Positions 17,140 to 28,591 of a DNA stretch of 63,310 nucleotides are shown here, in pieces; position 1 is the stretch's first letter, and each line of letters opens with the position of its first letter. This DNA comes from Idiomarina sp. 34-48-12 (GTDB lineage: Bacteria; Pseudomonadota; Gammaproteobacteria; Enterobacterales; Alteromonadaceae). Below the pieces are notes generated by a model. That model saw nothing but the letters and a program-made list of their open reading frames with translations. It ran no database searches and was not told the DNA's origin. The stretch lies in NCBI GenBank assembly GCA_002279005.1, contig NCJS01000010.1:1-63310 (forward strand), read 5' to 3'. The translations under genes and the position numbers were made by a program.

Positions 17140-20085
17140 TTACTGGGTTTTGGTCATTTCCGCGTAAGTGACAGAGCGTGCTTCACTGAAGCTTGCCGCA
17201 CGTGCATCTTTATTGAATGGCAAACGTACCTCGCCAGATGCAACGGCTAGCGGTGTGAAACTGTCGCTACGTTCAACGGCACTGGCTTTCGCCATTGGTG
17301 CTGTTGTGACGCGTCCACGAACATGTGGCTTCGTTGGCGCAACCGATTTTGTTTCAGCTTGCTTTTCAGTTGGGGTAGCAATAGGTGCTTCTTCTGCTAC
17401 TTCAACTTGCTTAACCGGTTGTTCAGTTTTGCTTTCTTCAACTACTGGCACGTTGGTTTCAGTTGAGCTTTCGGTTGTTGTTTCAACTTTCACTTCAACT
17501 TGTGGTTCGACCGCTTCGTTGTTTGCCTTAGTCTCAACCTTAGCATCGTCTACCTCAGCTGAAGTTACTGGTGCAGAAACCTCTGGCTCGGCTGACACTT
17601 CTGGTGTTTCCGATTGCTCGACCGGCTTGGCTTCCGCAACTTCTGCGGTAGGTTCTGTCGATTGCGTTTCAACGACTGGCGTCTCTGCAACTTCTGTTTC
17701 TACAGAATCACTCGCAGCATCTTCTTGTTCTGCTTTACGACGTTGGCCTGCAGCACGTTGATGACGCGGTGAACGACGACTACGATTGCGACCACGAGGT
17801 GTTGAGGTGTCGTTATCGTCGGTGCTGTCGTTAGTTACTTCGGCTTCAACTTGTGGTGTCGCGGTTGCGTCAGCATTAAGGTTAGCTTCTGCTGCTGGCT
17901 GCTGTTCCGTTGCCTGTGTCGCAGGCTCTTGCGCGGCAGCTTGAACTGGTTCAGCGCCGTTCTCGCTAGCTTTCTCGCCAGTTACGCGTACCGATTGGTC
18001 GAGTTTACGACGCTGACGGCGTTGTTTCGGAGCTGACTTACGTTCTTCGGTTGCCGTTGCCGGCTCAGCACTTTTCGTCTCAGTTGGCTTCGCTGCAACG
18101 TTGTTATCTTGCTCAACGTTTTGCTTATTGCGATTGCGGCCACCACGACGACGTCCACCACGCTCATTGCGCTGCTCTTTCTGCTCGTCTTTCGGTGCCT
18201 TGGTATCGGTTGCTTTAGCCGCTTCAGGTGCATTCGCTTCTTTGTCTTGATCGCGACCACGGCCGCGGTTATTACCACGACGACGATTGTTGCCACGATT
18301 ATTACGGCGTTGGTTATTGTTGTTACGACGCTGCTGATTTGATTTTTTGTTCTTATCTGAATCGTTGCTGTCGTCATCGCTGCTGAATACGCCAGCTAAC
18401 CACTTACCTAAGCGGGCGAATAAACCAGGGCCCGTATCAGCTTTCGCCGCAGGCTTCGCTGCAGCTGCAACCGGCGTAGGTGCTGGTGCGGCTGGCGCTT
18501 GCAAACCTTTTAATGCCGGCTCTTCAAAGCTTGGCTTGTCTTTGTTGAGAACAATTTCAGTACTGGTATCTTCAGGCTTCTCAATCAATGTGAAGCTGTT
18601 AGCTTCTTCTAATTCATCACTACGCAGACGTTTCACATCGAAATGCGGCGTCTCTAGGTGTGGATTCGGAATGACGAGAACCGACACATTATGACGTTTT
18701 TCAATATCGAAGATTGACTGGCGCTTCTCATTCAGTAAATACGTTGCAACCGTGACCGGCACTTGCGCTTGAACTTGAATGGTATTGTCTTTCAGCGCTT
18801 CTTCTTCAATCAGGCGCAAAATAGACAGTGCTAATGATTCAGCTGAACGAATGGTGCCATGACCACTACAACGAGGGCAGACATGATTCGATGCTTCGCC
18901 AAGCGATGGACGTAAACGCTGACGCGACATTTCTAACAGGCCAAAACGTGAAATGCGTGCGACTTGAATACGTGCGCGGTCTTGCTTCAGGCTGTCACGT
19001 AAGCGATTTTCAACTTCGCGCTGATGACGGGTGGGGGTCATGTCGATAAAATCGATAACAACCAAACCGCCAACGTCACGTAAACGCAACTGACGTGCAA
19101 TTTCTTCGGCAGCTTCTAAGTTGGTTTGAAACGCCGTTTCTTCGATATCGCCGCCCTTCGTAGCGCGAGCCGAGTTAATATCGATTGAAGTTAGTGCTTC
19201 GGTTGGGTCAATAACAATTGAACCACCTGATGGCAAACGAACCTCGCGTTGAAACGCAGATTCAATTTGGCTTTCAATTTGGTAGTGATTAAATAATGGA
19301 ACATCACCTTGATAAATCTTCACCCGATTGACGAAATCAGGGCGAATTAAGGTGACGTGATCACGTACTTGCTCGAACACCTTCTGGTTATCGATAAGCA
19401 CCTCACCAATATCGCGACGCAGATAATCGCGAATTGCGCGAAATACCACGTTGCTTTCTTGGTGAATCAAAAACGGAGCAGGGCGCGAGCTTGCAGCTTT
19501 TTCAATGGCATCCCAATGATGCAACAGAACGTTTAAATCCCACTCAAGTTCTTCTTGTGATTTACCAACGCCAGCGGTACGAACAATTAGGCCCATGCTG
19601 CTCGGCAAGTTCAATGCGTCAAGGGTTGCTTTTAGTTCACTGCGCTCATCACCTTCGATGCGGCGTGAAATACCACCGGCACGAGGGTTGTTTGGCATTA
19701 ACACTAAATAGCTACCAGCCAGTGAGATAAAGGTTGTTAATGCGGCGCCTTTTTGGCCACGTTCTTCTTTATCAATTTGAACGATAACTTCTTGGCCTTC
19801 AGAGATAACATCTTTGATATTTGGCCGACCTGAAAATGAATAACCGTCAGGGAAGTAGGTTTTAGCAATTTCTTTGAGAGGCAGGAAACCGTGGCGTTCA
19901 GCGCCATAATCAACAAACGCGGCTTCTAAGCTAGGTTCGATGCGGGTGATTTTACCCTTGTAAATATTGGCTTTCTTTTGCTCATGACCTGGGCTTTCAA
20001 TATCCAAATCATAAAGACGCTGGCCATCGACCAGCGCAACGCGCAATTCCTCTTGCTGCGTTGCATTAATTAACATTCTTTTCAT
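17140..20085 (-). CDS. rne: Ribonuclease E
   Basis: [30 protein letters not shown]; membrane helix [14 protein letters not shown]; Arg/Asn-rich disordered C-terminal half. Confidence 0.98.
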   Translation of the reverse strand: MKRMLINATQQEELRVALVDGQRLYDLDIESPGHEQKKANIYKGKITRIEPSLEAAFVDYGAERHGFLPLKEIAKTYFPDGYSFSGRPNIKDVISEGQEVIVQIDKEERGQKGAALTTFISLAGSYLVLMPNNPRAGGISRRIEGDERSELKATLDALNLPSSMGLIVRTAGVGKSQEELEWDLNVLLHHWDAIEKAASSRPAPFLIHQESNVVFRAIRDYLRRDIGEVLIDNQKVFEQVRDHVTLIRPDFVNRVKIYQGDVPLFNHYQIESQIESAFQREVRLPSGGSIVIDPTEALTSIDINSARATKGGDIEETAFQTNLEAAEEIARQLRLRDVGGLVVIDFIDMTPTRHQREVENRLRDSLKQDRARIQVARISRFGLLEMSRQRLRPSLGEASNHVCPRCSGHGTIRSAESLALSILRLIEEEALKDNTIQVQAQVPVTVATYLLNEKRQSIFDIEKRHNVSVLVIPNPHLETPHFDVKRLRSDELEEANSFTLIEKPEDTSTEIVLNKDKPSFEEPALKGLQAPAAPAPTPVAAAAKPAAKADTGPGLFARLGKWLAGVFSSDDDSNDSDKNKKSNQQRRNNNNQRRNNRGNNRRRGNNRGRGRDQDKEANAPEAAKATDTKAPKDEQKEQRNERGGRRRGGRNRNKQNVEQDNNVAAKPTETKSAEPATATEERKSAPKQRRQRRKLDQSVRVTGEKASENGAEPVQAAAQEPATQATEQQPAAEANLNADATATPQVEAEVTNDSTDDNDTSTPRGRNRSRRSPRHQRAAGQRRKAEQEDAASDSVETEVAETPVVETQSTEPTAEVAEAKPVEQSETPEVSAEPEVSAPVTSAEVDDAKVETKANNEAVEPQVEVKVETTTESSTETNVPVVEESKTEQPVKQVEVAEEAPIATPTEKQAETKSVAPTKPHVRGRVTTAPMAKASAVERSDSFTPLAVASGEVRLPFNKDARAASFSEARSVTYAEMTKTQ

Positions 20086-20634
20086 TGTTTGTAGCTCGTT
20101 ATGTCGGGCTACAACACAGTACGACAGGCGTTCGCCATCGCTATTTCGAGATTGAATTGTTTTCTATTAGGGTTACTAACTAACACCTAACATCCCCCGT
20201 TTTACTACATGGTATAAACGTGAGACTTGCAATTTGTTACCAAGCCGAAATGCGCTTGTAAAGGCCATACTGCGTTGCAGCATTGGTTCTTCAATTTGGT
20301 TTGATTTATATAAGGCGGTGCACTCAATCAATCTTCAAAACACAATTCGGTGAAGATGAGCCAACAATATTCCGTGCCATCAACTTCTCGATGCCGTTAT
20401 ATATGAACGAGCTTTCGTAAGCTGAGGTGGATGAATTGGCAGTGATGCTTTCCGCTCAAACCACGCGTTAAATTTTTTTCTGTTCTTGCATCTACACAGG
20501 CTTTTATCAGCTGCGCATGATGTACCGCTCTCTGTTAAACCGGTGCGGATTTTTCCGGTTCCTGATTATCCCACGAAAATCGTTGTAAATACAAGATGAA
20601 CATTGTCAAGAGCTCATGCTAAAATCCGCGGCCT

Positions 20635-21600
20635 ATGAGCGAACAAACAACAATTTCACAAGGTGTGCGTTTTCAGACCGTTGAATCGGGCTATCAAGAC
20701 CAACGCATCGACAACTATTTACTCGCGCAGTTAAAAGGCGTACCCAAGTCTTTGGTGTATCGCATTCTGCGTAAAGGTGAGGTGCGGGTAAACAAAAAGC
20801 GCGTTAAGCCAGAGTATAAACTTCAAGTGGGCGATGTGATTCGCATTCCACCAGTGCGCGTAGCCGAGTCTAACCCGTTACCATCAGCGAACCTTGATCA
20901 GGTACAAGCCTTACAACATCAAATTCTGTACGAAGATGATGTACTGATGGTACTGAACAAACCGGCCGGTCTAGCGGTGCATGGCGGTTCAGGATTGCAA
21001 TTTGGATTAATTGAAAGCTTGCGCGCATTACGCCCCGATGCGAAACAAATGGAGCTTGTGCATCGACTTGACCGCGAAACAAGCGGCTGTATTTTGATTG
21101 CGAAACGTCGCTCTGCGCTACGCAGCCTGCATGAGCAGCTACGTAACAAAACCATGGACAAGCAATATCTTGCTTTAGTGCGTGGGCATTGGCAAAAGCA
21201 TGTGAAATTTATTGCCGCACCGTTATTGAAGAACACATTGAAGTCTGGTGAGCGGGTCGTTCGCGTTGATGCCGAAGGTAAGCCTTCGGAAACACGCTTT
21301 CGTATTATTGAACAATTTTCACAGTGTACCTTGGTAGAAGCGTCGCCGATTACCGGACGAACGCACCAAATTCGTGTGCACGCCTTGCATGCGGGGCACC
21401 CGATTGCCTGTGACCCGAAGTATGGCGATAACGAGTTTGATCAAGCAATGCAGCAAGTCGGATTAAATCGATTGTTTTTGCACGCCCACAAGCTCACCTT
21501 TAAACATCCGCAAACGGGCAACGATATCACGGTTGATGCGCCGCTAGATGAGACGCTTCGACGTACATTAAAGCAATTAGGTGGCCATAAATTTATATGA
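20635..21600 (+). CDS. rluC: 23S rRNA pseudouridine(955/2504/2580) synthase
   Basis: S4 domain QRIDNYL, VHRLDRETSG, TGRTHQIRVH; divergent from rne. Confidence 0.95.
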   Translation: MSEQTTISQGVRFQTVESGYQDQRIDNYLLAQLKGVPKSLVYRILRKGEVRVNKKRVKPEYKLQVGDVIRIPPVRVAESNPLPSANLDQVQALQHQILYEDDVLMVLNKPAGLAVHGGSGLQFGLIESLRALRPDAKQMELVHRLDRETSGCILIAKRRSALRSLHEQLRNKTMDKQYLALVRGHWQKHVKFIAAPLLKNTLKSGERVVRVDAEGKPSETRFRIIEQFSQCTLVEASPITGRTHQIRVHALHAGHPIACDPKYGDNEFDQAMQQVGLNRLFLHAHKLTFKHPQTGNDITVDAPLDETLRRTLKQLGGHKFI

Positions 21601-22238
21601 AGTATCCGTTAGTGATTTTTGATTGGGATGGCACCTTGATGGATTCGGTAGGGCGTATTGTATCGTCGATGCAACGCACTGCTGCTATCTTAAAACTGCC
21701 CGAGCCGACGGTCGCCGCTGTTCGTGAAATTATTGGAATTAGCTTAGAACCCGCAATAGAAACCTTATTTGGGCGGCTATCAGCGACTCAATTTGAGCAG
21801 TTTATGACGGTTTATCGTCAGCAATACGTGCACGAAGATATCACACCATCACCATTGTTCGTTGGTGCTCGCGATACGTTGGAATCATTACGTGAGCGAG
21901 GCTACACGTTGGCAGTAGCAACTGGTAAAGCGCGTCATGGTCTGGAACGGGTATGGCAAGAGGCTGACATTCGTCATCTCTTTCATACGTCGCGTTGTGC
22001 CGACGAGACGGCATCAAAACCAAACCCGAAAATGCTATTGGATATTCTTGCTGAAACAGGTTTTCAGGCCGAACAAGCGGTTATGATAGGCGATTCAGTG
22101 CATGATATGCGCATGGCAGAAAATGCCCAGATGGCGCGTATTGGTGTGAGCTTTGGCGCTCATGAGGCGAAGCGCCTACAAAACCATCAGCCATTAGCTA
22201 TTATTGACCAGCTGAGTGAACTGAACGACTACGTTTGA
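21597..22238 (+). CDS. HAD-IA family hydrolase (phosphoglycolate phosphatase-like)
   Basis: IFDWDGTLMDS, SKPNP, MIGDSVHD. Confidence 0.88.
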   Translation: MKYPLVIFDWDGTLMDSVGRIVSSMQRTAAILKLPEPTVAAVREIIGISLEPAIETLFGRLSATQFEQFMTVYRQQYVHEDITPSPLFVGARDTLESLRERGYTLAVATGKARHGLERVWQEADIRHLFHTSRCADETASKPNPKMLLDILAETGFQAEQAVMIGDSVHDMRMAENAQMARIGVSFGAHEAKRLQNHQPLAIIDQLSELNDYV

Positions 22239-22291
22239 ATGTGCAAATATAAACACAGCAACAACGAACACAAAACTGAAAGAGTAACGTC

Positions 22292-22900
22292 ATGAGCGCA
22301 TCGATAGTTTTAGCATCGACATCTCCGTTTCGCCGCGAGCTACTAAAGAAAGTAGTGCGAAACTTCGCTGTAGCAGCGCCTCTTGTTGATGAAACACCGC
22401 AACCACAAGAAACGCCAGAGGCTCTGGTTGAGCGTCTGGCAATTGCCAAAGCGAAAGCGCTTGCTGTAAATTACCCTGCGCATGTGTTAATTGGCTCTGA
22501 TCAGGTCGCCGTTGTAGATGGCGAAATATTAGGTAAGCCGGGCACGACCGAAAATGCGGTAAAACAATTGCAGATGATGCGCGGCAAAACCGTGACGTTT
22601 TTAACTGGGTTAGCCGTTTATGATAGTGCTCAGCAGCGGCTGCAGTCATCGGTAGAGCCGTTTCATGTGACGTTTCGTGATATCAGCGACGCTGAAATCA
22701 CCGCTTACGTGCAGCGTGAACAGCCACTGAACTGTGCAGGTAGCTTTAAAAGCGAAGCCCTTGGTATCAGTTTGTTCTCGCGTTTGCATGGTGATGATCC
22801 GAACACACTAGTCGGCTTGCCGCTCATTCGCTTGCTTGCAATGTTACGCGAGTGGGGAATTAATCCGCTCGTAGACGAAAACAGCGAGCAAAGCCAATAA
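22292..22900 (+). CDS. yceF: Maf-family nucleotide pyrophosphatase (YceF type)
   Basis: [41 protein letters not shown]. Confidence 0.9.
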   Translation: MSASIVLASTSPFRRELLKKVVRNFAVAAPLVDETPQPQETPEALVERLAIAKAKALAVNYPAHVLIGSDQVAVVDGEILGKPGTTENAVKQLQMMRGKTVTFLTGLAVYDSAQQRLQSSVEPFHVTFRDISDAEITAYVQREQPLNCAGSFKSEALGISLFSRLHGDDPNTLVGLPLIRLLAMLREWGINPLVDENSEQSQ

Positions 22901-22944
22901 AACCACTTGTGTTCAGCCGTTTAATCCTTTAACATTCGCGCCCT

Positions 22945-23469
22945 ATGCAGAAGGTTCGAGTACCGATTACGGTAGATCCGGTTAAAAGTGCCGGCAAACA
23001 ATTGACTTATATCGGAATCGTTCCGGGGAAGTCGCTTGTTCGTTTACAAGAGTTGTTGGTGGAAGCCTGTCCTGATATTGATGTATCACTTAATTTTGAT
23101 ATAGACGAGCAGGGCATTAAACGCATTCGCGGTGAAGCACAGGTTACTGTACAAGCTAATTGCGAGCGCTGTGGTGACCCAATGACGGTGCCGTTGCAGA
23201 GCACATTTATATATGCTCCGCTCACACGGCGACAAACGGCCACCGATATGCCAGAGGAATACGAACCGATTGAACTGGATGAACTCGGTGAAGTTAATCT
23301 GCATGAACTAGTTGAAGATGAGCTGATGTTGGCAATGCCTGTGGTGGTTAAACACAACGAGCGCGAATGTCGGGTAGATAGTAATGCAATGAAATGGGGA
23401 GTCATTGATGACTCACCGGAAGCAAAGGATAATCCTTTTGCGGTATTGCAAGAATTAAAGCGTAAATAA
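22945..23469 (+). CDS. yceD: 23S rRNA accumulation protein YceD (DUF177)
   Basis: MQKVRVPITVDP, CERC, VEDELMLAMP, NPFAVL; precedes rpmF. Confidence 0.93.
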   Translation: MQKVRVPITVDPVKSAGKQLTYIGIVPGKSLVRLQELLVEACPDIDVSLNFDIDEQGIKRIRGEAQVTVQANCERCGDPMTVPLQSTFIYAPLTRRQTATDMPEEYEPIELDELGEVNLHELVEDELMLAMPVVVKHNERECRVDSNAMKWGVIDDSPEAKDNPFAVLQELKRK

Positions 23470-23488
23470 ACTTAGGAGATAGCGTAAA

Positions 23489-23659
23489 ATGGCTGTACAA
23501 CAGAATCGGAAAAGTCGTTCGAAGCGCGACATGCGTCGTTCTCACGATGCACTGAGCGGCCCTACACTGTCGGTTGATTCTACCTCTGGTGAAACGCATC
23601 GTCGTCACCATGTAACAGCTGATGGTTTTTATAAAGGCCGTAAAGTAGTTAACAAGTAA
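23489..23659 (+). CDS. rpmF: 50S ribosomal protein L32
   Basis: Below track cutoff; manual translation [56 protein letters not shown] (56 aa); AGGAG RBS. Confidence 0.97.
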   Translation: MAVQQNRKSRSKRDMRRSHDALSGPTLSVDSTSGETHRRHHVTADGFYKGRKVVNK

Positions 23660-23680
23660 CCAGCATTGGAAAGTGAGGCA

Positions 23681-24709
23681 ATGGCCACACTGACAACACT
23701 GGCGCTTGATGCAATGGGGGGCGATCATGGCCCCTCAATTGTTATAGACGCCCTGCAAAGGGCGTTAGATACATTTCCTGACGTTCATTTCATGGTCGTC
23801 GGCGACGAAGAAGAACTCCTTCCTTTACTTACCCAAGCTAAACTCGCAGATCACGCACGCGTTACCTTAAAGCACGCGAGCCAAACTGTAACCATGACCG
23901 ATAAACCCGGTTATTCATTGCGAGCGAAACCTGATTCATCAATGCGCGTTGCGCTTGAGCTTGTCGCCGCTGAAGAGGCTGCAGCTTGCGTTAGCGCAGG
24001 TAATACCGGCGCCCTGATGACCAAAGCTTATTTTACGTTGAAAACCCTACCCGGCGTGTTGCGACCAGCTTTGATGTCTGCGATACCGCAACAGCAGGGC
24101 GGTTCAGCGTTTGTTCTCGATTTAGGTGCGAACCCAGTTTGTGATTCCGATACCTTGTTCCAATTTGGTGTGATGGGCTCGGTTGCGGCTCAAGAAGTGC
24201 TTGTCATTGCCAAACCGCGAGTCGCATTGCTGAATATGGGTGAGGAAGAAATTAAAGGCAACGATGTGGTGAAAGCCACTGCGGCCTTACTACAACAGTC
24301 ACAACAGATTAATTATATTGGTTTTATTGAAGGTGATGACCTATTCGCCGGAAAAGCTGATGTGATTGTGTGTGATGGCTTTGTTGGCAATATCGCCTTA
24401 AAAAGCTGTGAAGGTTTAGCTGACCTTTTATTGAATAACATCAAAGCAAATATTCATGCCCATTGGTTAACCCGATGGTTCGTGAAACTCTTCTATCAAC
24501 GTTTACAACGCTCATGGGATTGGTTGAAGCCCGACCACTACAATGGCGCGAGTTTGATAGGATTGCGTGGAGTGGTTATAAAAAGCCATGGTGATGCCAA
24601 TGCGCGCGCATTTTATAGTGCCATTGAGCAAGCCGTGGAAGAAACTCAACGCGATCTACCAACACGAATTCGTGACCGAGTAGAACAAGTTCTGTTAGAG
24701 CAGGAATAA
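23681..24709 (+). CDS. plsX: Phosphate acyltransferase PlsX
   Basis: [34 protein letters not shown]. Confidence 0.96.
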   Translation: MATLTTLALDAMGGDHGPSIVIDALQRALDTFPDVHFMVVGDEEELLPLLTQAKLADHARVTLKHASQTVTMTDKPGYSLRAKPDSSMRVALELVAAEEAAACVSAGNTGALMTKAYFTLKTLPGVLRPALMSAIPQQQGGSAFVLDLGANPVCDSDTLFQFGVMGSVAAQEVLVIAKPRVALLNMGEEEIKGNDVVKATAALLQQSQQINYIGFIEGDDLFAGKADVIVCDGFVGNIALKSCEGLADLLLNNIKANIHAHWLTRWFVKLFYQRLQRSWDWLKPDHYNGASLIGLRGVVIKSHGDANARAFYSAIEQAVEETQRDLPTRIRDRVEQVLLEQE

Positions 24710-24717
24710 ACGTTATT

Positions 24718-25677
24718 ATGCCATCAGTAATTGCAGGAACTGGCCATTATTTACCGGCCCAGCGCCTGACCAACGCTATGCTAGAACAGCGTGTTGATAC
24801 AAGCCATGACTGGATTGTTGAACGCACGGGAATTCACGAGCGCCGTATTGCCGAGCCGACAGAGAGCGCAGTAACCATGGGCGCTGCGGCGGCGCGTCAA
24901 GCGTTGCAGGCGGCAAACATTAATGCCGATGATATTGATTTGATCATCGTGGCGACCACCTCGGGCGAGCGGGCTTTCCCGAGTGTTGCTTGTGAAATTC
25001 AAGCGGCTCTTACCGAAAATAATATTCCAGCATTTGACGTTGCGGCGGCCTGTTCCGGTTTTATCTTTGCTTTGAGTGTGGCCGATCAATACATTCGCAG
25101 CGGTATGTATGAGAAAGTACTGGTTATCGGTTCCGATGTTTTATCGCGGTTGTGTCATCCCGATGACCGCAATACACTGGTATTATTTGGCGATGGCGCT
25201 GGTGCCGTCGTGCTTGAAGCAAGTGATCGCGCTGGCGTTATGTCCACACACTTGAACAGTGCCGGCGAGTTTGCCGATTTATTAGGCGTGAACCATTTAT
25301 CGCGCACCTCGCCTGAGCAGTTGGGTGAAGCTTGGATGTATATGAAAGGCAACGAAGTATTTAAAGTTGCGGTAAGTAAGCTTAGTGAGTTGGTGGTAGA
25401 TACTCTAGCTGCCAATAATATGGAAGCTTCAGATCTTGATTGGTTAGTGCCACATCAAGCCAATTTGCGCATTATTAAAGCAACAGCAAAGAAGCTGAAA
25501 ATGCCGATGGATCAAGTTATTACCACGTTAGAATACACCGGCAACACATCGGCAGCGTCAGTGCCGATTGCACTTGATGTTGCCATTCGTGATGGTCGTA
25601 TTCAACGCGGGCAAAAATTATTATTAGAAGCCTTTGGCGGTGGATTCGCCTGGGGTTCAGCATTGATTGATTATTAA
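24718..25677 (+). CDS. fabH: 3-oxoacyl-ACP synthase III
   Basis: [22 protein letters not shown]. Confidence 0.96.
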   Translation: MPSVIAGTGHYLPAQRLTNAMLEQRVDTSHDWIVERTGIHERRIAEPTESAVTMGAAAARQALQAANINADDIDLIIVATTSGERAFPSVACEIQAALTENNIPAFDVAAACSGFIFALSVADQYIRSGMYEKVLVIGSDVLSRLCHPDDRNTLVLFGDGAGAVVLEASDRAGVMSTHLNSAGEFADLLGVNHLSRTSPEQLGEAWMYMKGNEVFKVAVSKLSELVVDTLAANNMEASDLDWLVPHQANLRIIKATAKKLKMPMDQVITTLEYTGNTSAASVPIALDVAIRDGRIQRGQKLLLEAFGGGFAWGSALIDY

Positions 25678-25690
25678 TAAGGAAGCATTC

Positions 25691-26608
25691 ATGCGAGCTT
25701 ATGTTTTTCCAGGGCAAGGTTCACAAGCCGTTGGTATGTTAGCGGATGTTGCGGCGGAGTACCCCGTCGTCGAAGAGACGTTTGCACAAGCTAGTGCGGT
25801 ACTCGGTTACGACCTGTGGAAGTTGGTGCAAGACGGACCTGTAGAGCAACTCAACGAAACGCATCGTACACAACCGGCATTGTTAACCGCGAGTGTAGCG
25901 CTGTATCGCGTGTTAGAGCAGGCGGGCGTTCCGGCTCCAGAAATGATGGCTGGCCACAGCTTAGGTGAATATTCAGCATTGGTTTGTGCTGGTGCGTTAG
26001 CTTTTGAAGATGCGGTTTTGCTTGTGGCAAAACGCGGTGAGTTTATGCAAAGCGCGGTACCGGCAGGTGTTGGTGCCATGGCAGCGATTATCGGTTTAGA
26101 CGACAAACTAGTAGAACAAGCGTGTGCGGAAACTGCTGGTGATGAAGTGGTGTCAGCTGTTAATTATAACTCGCCAGGCCAAGTCGTGATTGCCGGTCAT
26201 AAAGCAGCGGTAGAACGCGCTGGTGAAGCTTGTATTAAAGCTGGAGCGAAGCGTGCATTACCATTACCGGTAAGCGTGCCATCGCATTGTTCATTAATGC
26301 AGCCAGCTGCAGAGCAACTTGCGGTTGAGCTTGGTAAATTAGCCGTGAATACGCCGCAGGTGCCGGTCGTCAACAATGTTGATGTGGCTGCGCCGCGTGA
26401 AGCGGATGAAATTCGTGATGCCTTAGTTCGCCAACTATACTCGCCAGTACGTTGGACCGAAACAGTCCAGTTCCTCGCAGAGCAGGGTGTGACTGAAATG
26501 TACGAGATTGGTCCAGGAAAAGTATTAACTGGCTTAACTAAACGCATTGATAAAGCGATACAGGGCGACGCCGTGAACACGGTCGACGCGATAGCAGCAA
26601 GGAAATAA
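25691..26608 (+). CDS. fabD: Malonyl-CoA:ACP transacylase
   Basis: FPGQGSQ, GHSLGEY, SVPSHC; ATG 25691. Confidence 0.96.
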   Translation: MRAYVFPGQGSQAVGMLADVAAEYPVVEETFAQASAVLGYDLWKLVQDGPVEQLNETHRTQPALLTASVALYRVLEQAGVPAPEMMAGHSLGEYSALVCAGALAFEDAVLLVAKRGEFMQSAVPAGVGAMAAIIGLDDKLVEQACAETAGDEVVSAVNYNSPGQVVIAGHKAAVERAGEACIKAGAKRALPLPVSVPSHCSLMQPAAEQLAVELGKLAVNTPQVPVVNNVDVAAPREADEIRDALVRQLYSPVRWTETVQFLAEQGVTEMYEIGPGKVLTGLTKRIDKAIQGDAVNTVDAIAARK

Positions 26609-26609
26609 C

Positions 26610-27356
26610 ATGACTGATTTAATGAATCTTGACGGCCAAGTGGCCCTTGTTACAGGCGCCAGCCGAGGTATCGGTAAAGCAATTGCTCAGCAACTTGCTG
26701 CCCGTGGTGTAAAGGTTGTGGGTACGGCAACAACCGAAAGTGGTGCTAAAGCGATTAGCGACTACTTAGGTACTGATGGGGAAGGCGTTGCATTAAATGT
26801 AACGGATGAAGCGAGTGTTGCGGCCGTGTTAAAGCATATTGACGACACCTATGGTCAGCTCGATATTTTGGTTAACAATGCTGGTATTACCCGTGATAAC
26901 TTGTTGATGCGCATGAAAGACGATGAATGGGATAGCGTGATGGACACGAACCTTAAATCGGTTTTCCGTTTGTGCAAAGGCGTGATGCGCGGCATGATGA
27001 AACGTCGCCAAGGACGCATCATTAATATTTCATCAGTGGTGGGAACTACCGGAAACCCAGGGCAGACTAACTACTGTGCAGCAAAAGCTGGGTTATCTGG
27101 GTTTACCAAAGCTTTAGCAAAAGAAATTGCGGCGCGCGGTATTACCGTGAACTGCGTTGCGCCAGGTTTTATCGATACCGATATGACCAAAGCGTTGACA
27201 GATGATCAGAAACAAGCGATTTTTGCCAATATTCCGGCAGCTCGCTTAGGACAACCTGATGAAATTGCAGCGGCAGTGGTGTTTTTAGCATCGCCAGGCG
27301 CTGCGTATATTACGGGTGAGACCATTCACGTGAATGGCGGAATGGCCATGGTGTAA
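26610..27356 (+). CDS. fabG: 3-oxoacyl-ACP reductase
   Basis: TGASRGIG, NNAGITRDNLLMRM, YCAAK. Confidence 0.97.
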   Translation: MTDLMNLDGQVALVTGASRGIGKAIAQQLAARGVKVVGTATTESGAKAISDYLGTDGEGVALNVTDEASVAAVLKHIDDTYGQLDILVNNAGITRDNLLMRMKDDEWDSVMDTNLKSVFRLCKGVMRGMMKRRQGRIINISSVVGTTGNPGQTNYCAAKAGLSGFTKALAKEIAARGITVNCVAPGFIDTDMTKALTDDQKQAIFANIPAARLGQPDEIAAAVVFLASPGAAYITGETIHVNGGMAMV

Positions 27357-27507
27357 ATGAATTCGACGGCAATTTTTGCTTCGGCAAATAAGCCAAGGGG
27401 TATGACCTGTCAAGGTTGGACCATTTTTTGCTTTATTATTGCCGCCGCATTCACTACACTAAGCCCAATTTTGAACTCATGACCTAAAATCAAGGGACAT
27501 ATATACA

Positions 27508-27747
27508 ATGAGCACTATTGAAGAACGCGTTAAAAAAATCATCGTTGAACAACTAGGTGTTAAAGAAGAAGAAGTAAAACCAGAAGCTTCTTTCGAAAAT
27601 GACCTAGGTGCAGATTCGTTAGATATCGTAGAGTTAGTAATGGCTCTCGAAGAAGAATTTGAAACTGAAATTCCAGATGAAGAAGCTGAGAAAATCAGAA
27701 CTGTTGAAGCTGCGATTGAGTACGTGAAAAGCCACTCAAACGACTAA
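27508..27747 (+). CDS. acpP: Acyl carrier protein
   Basis: [20 protein letters not shown]. Confidence 0.98.
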   Translation: MSTIEERVKKIIVEQLGVKEEEVKPEASFENDLGADSLDIVELVMALEEEFETEIPDEEAEKIRTVEAAIEYVKSHSND

Positions 27748-27761
27748 GCTGAAATAGCGAG

Positions 27762-27790
27762 AAGGGCGGAATGAGAATTCCGCCTTTTTT
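27762..27790 (+). terminator. Terminator after acpP
   Basis: AAGGGCGGAAT-GAGA-ATTCCGCCTTTTTT. Confidence 0.85.
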
Positions 27791-27792
27791 GT

Positions 27793-28591
27793 ATGTGGCA
27801 TAACGGCCAGTCTACCTCCCAATCTTTCCTCGATCGTGGCCTTCAATTTGGCGACGGGCACTTCACTACACTCGTGATACGACATGGTCAGCCTGAATTT
27901 TGGCCACGTCACTGGCAGCGCTTAGCGGAAGCCAGTCAACGTTTAGCGATGGCGTTACCACCGCGTCTTGAAATCGAACAACTCGTAACGGCAATCGCAC
28001 AGCAGCAACCGGATTGTGTCGTCAAAATAGTGATCACGCGTGGTTATAGTGAGCGCGGCTATGCACCGCAGATCGCTGCTTCAGTAAACTGGTATGTAAC
28101 AACGGCGCCATTATCAGCTTGGCAACAGCGCGCTTTGCATGTTGAAAGGGCAGAACTCCAATTAGCCATACAACCACGGCTCGCCGGATTAAAGACATTA
28201 AATCGCCTCGAGCAAGTACTTGTGGCTAAAGAGCGTATGGAACGGCAAGTTGATGACTTGATTGTGTGTGACAGCAACCTTCACATTGTAGAGGCGATCA
28301 GTAGCAATTTATTCTGGTATGATGGCGATAACTGGCGGATTCCGCAGAAAAAACGCCGGCATTGCCGGTATCATGCAAGCAGAAATTTGTGCTGCGGTGC
28401 TGCCTGAAGCAATACCCACGTTAGCGGTTTGGGACGATTTGGTATCGGCCGAACAAGCCTTTGTGTGTAATACTGTTTTAGGGCCGCGCCCGGTAGGCCA
28501 GGTTGGGGCTCGACAATTGCCGCAGCAAGTATTACCAGAGGTTGTAAACACGTGGTATTTAAACGTTTTATCCAAATCTTCGTCAGCTTAA
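27793..28591 (+). pseudogene. pabC: Aminodeoxychorismate lyase, frameshifted near 28348-28353 (real or sequence error)
   Basis: First frame has DRGLQFGDGHFTT, AGLKTLNRLEQV, IVEAISSNLFW; the C-terminal motifs NAGIAGIMQ and AFVCNTVLGPRPV are in the other frame (ORF 28319-28591). Confidence 0.85.

Noticed and set aside
18080-18350. Repetitive CGT/AAC-rich DNA in rne
   Set aside because: Encodes the expected Arg/Asn-rich RNA-binding segments of the degradosome scaffold; not an independent repeat element.
17168-18694. Long plus-strand ORFs (197, 115, 77 aa) and an alternate-frame 131-aa ORF within rne
   Set aside because: Shadows of the low-complexity RNase E C-terminal region; no RBS or recognisable motifs.
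22292-22900. maf/yceF co-oriented with yceD rather than divergent as in E. coli
   Set aside because: Simple local gene-order difference with no inversion repeats visible; not evidence of a new system.
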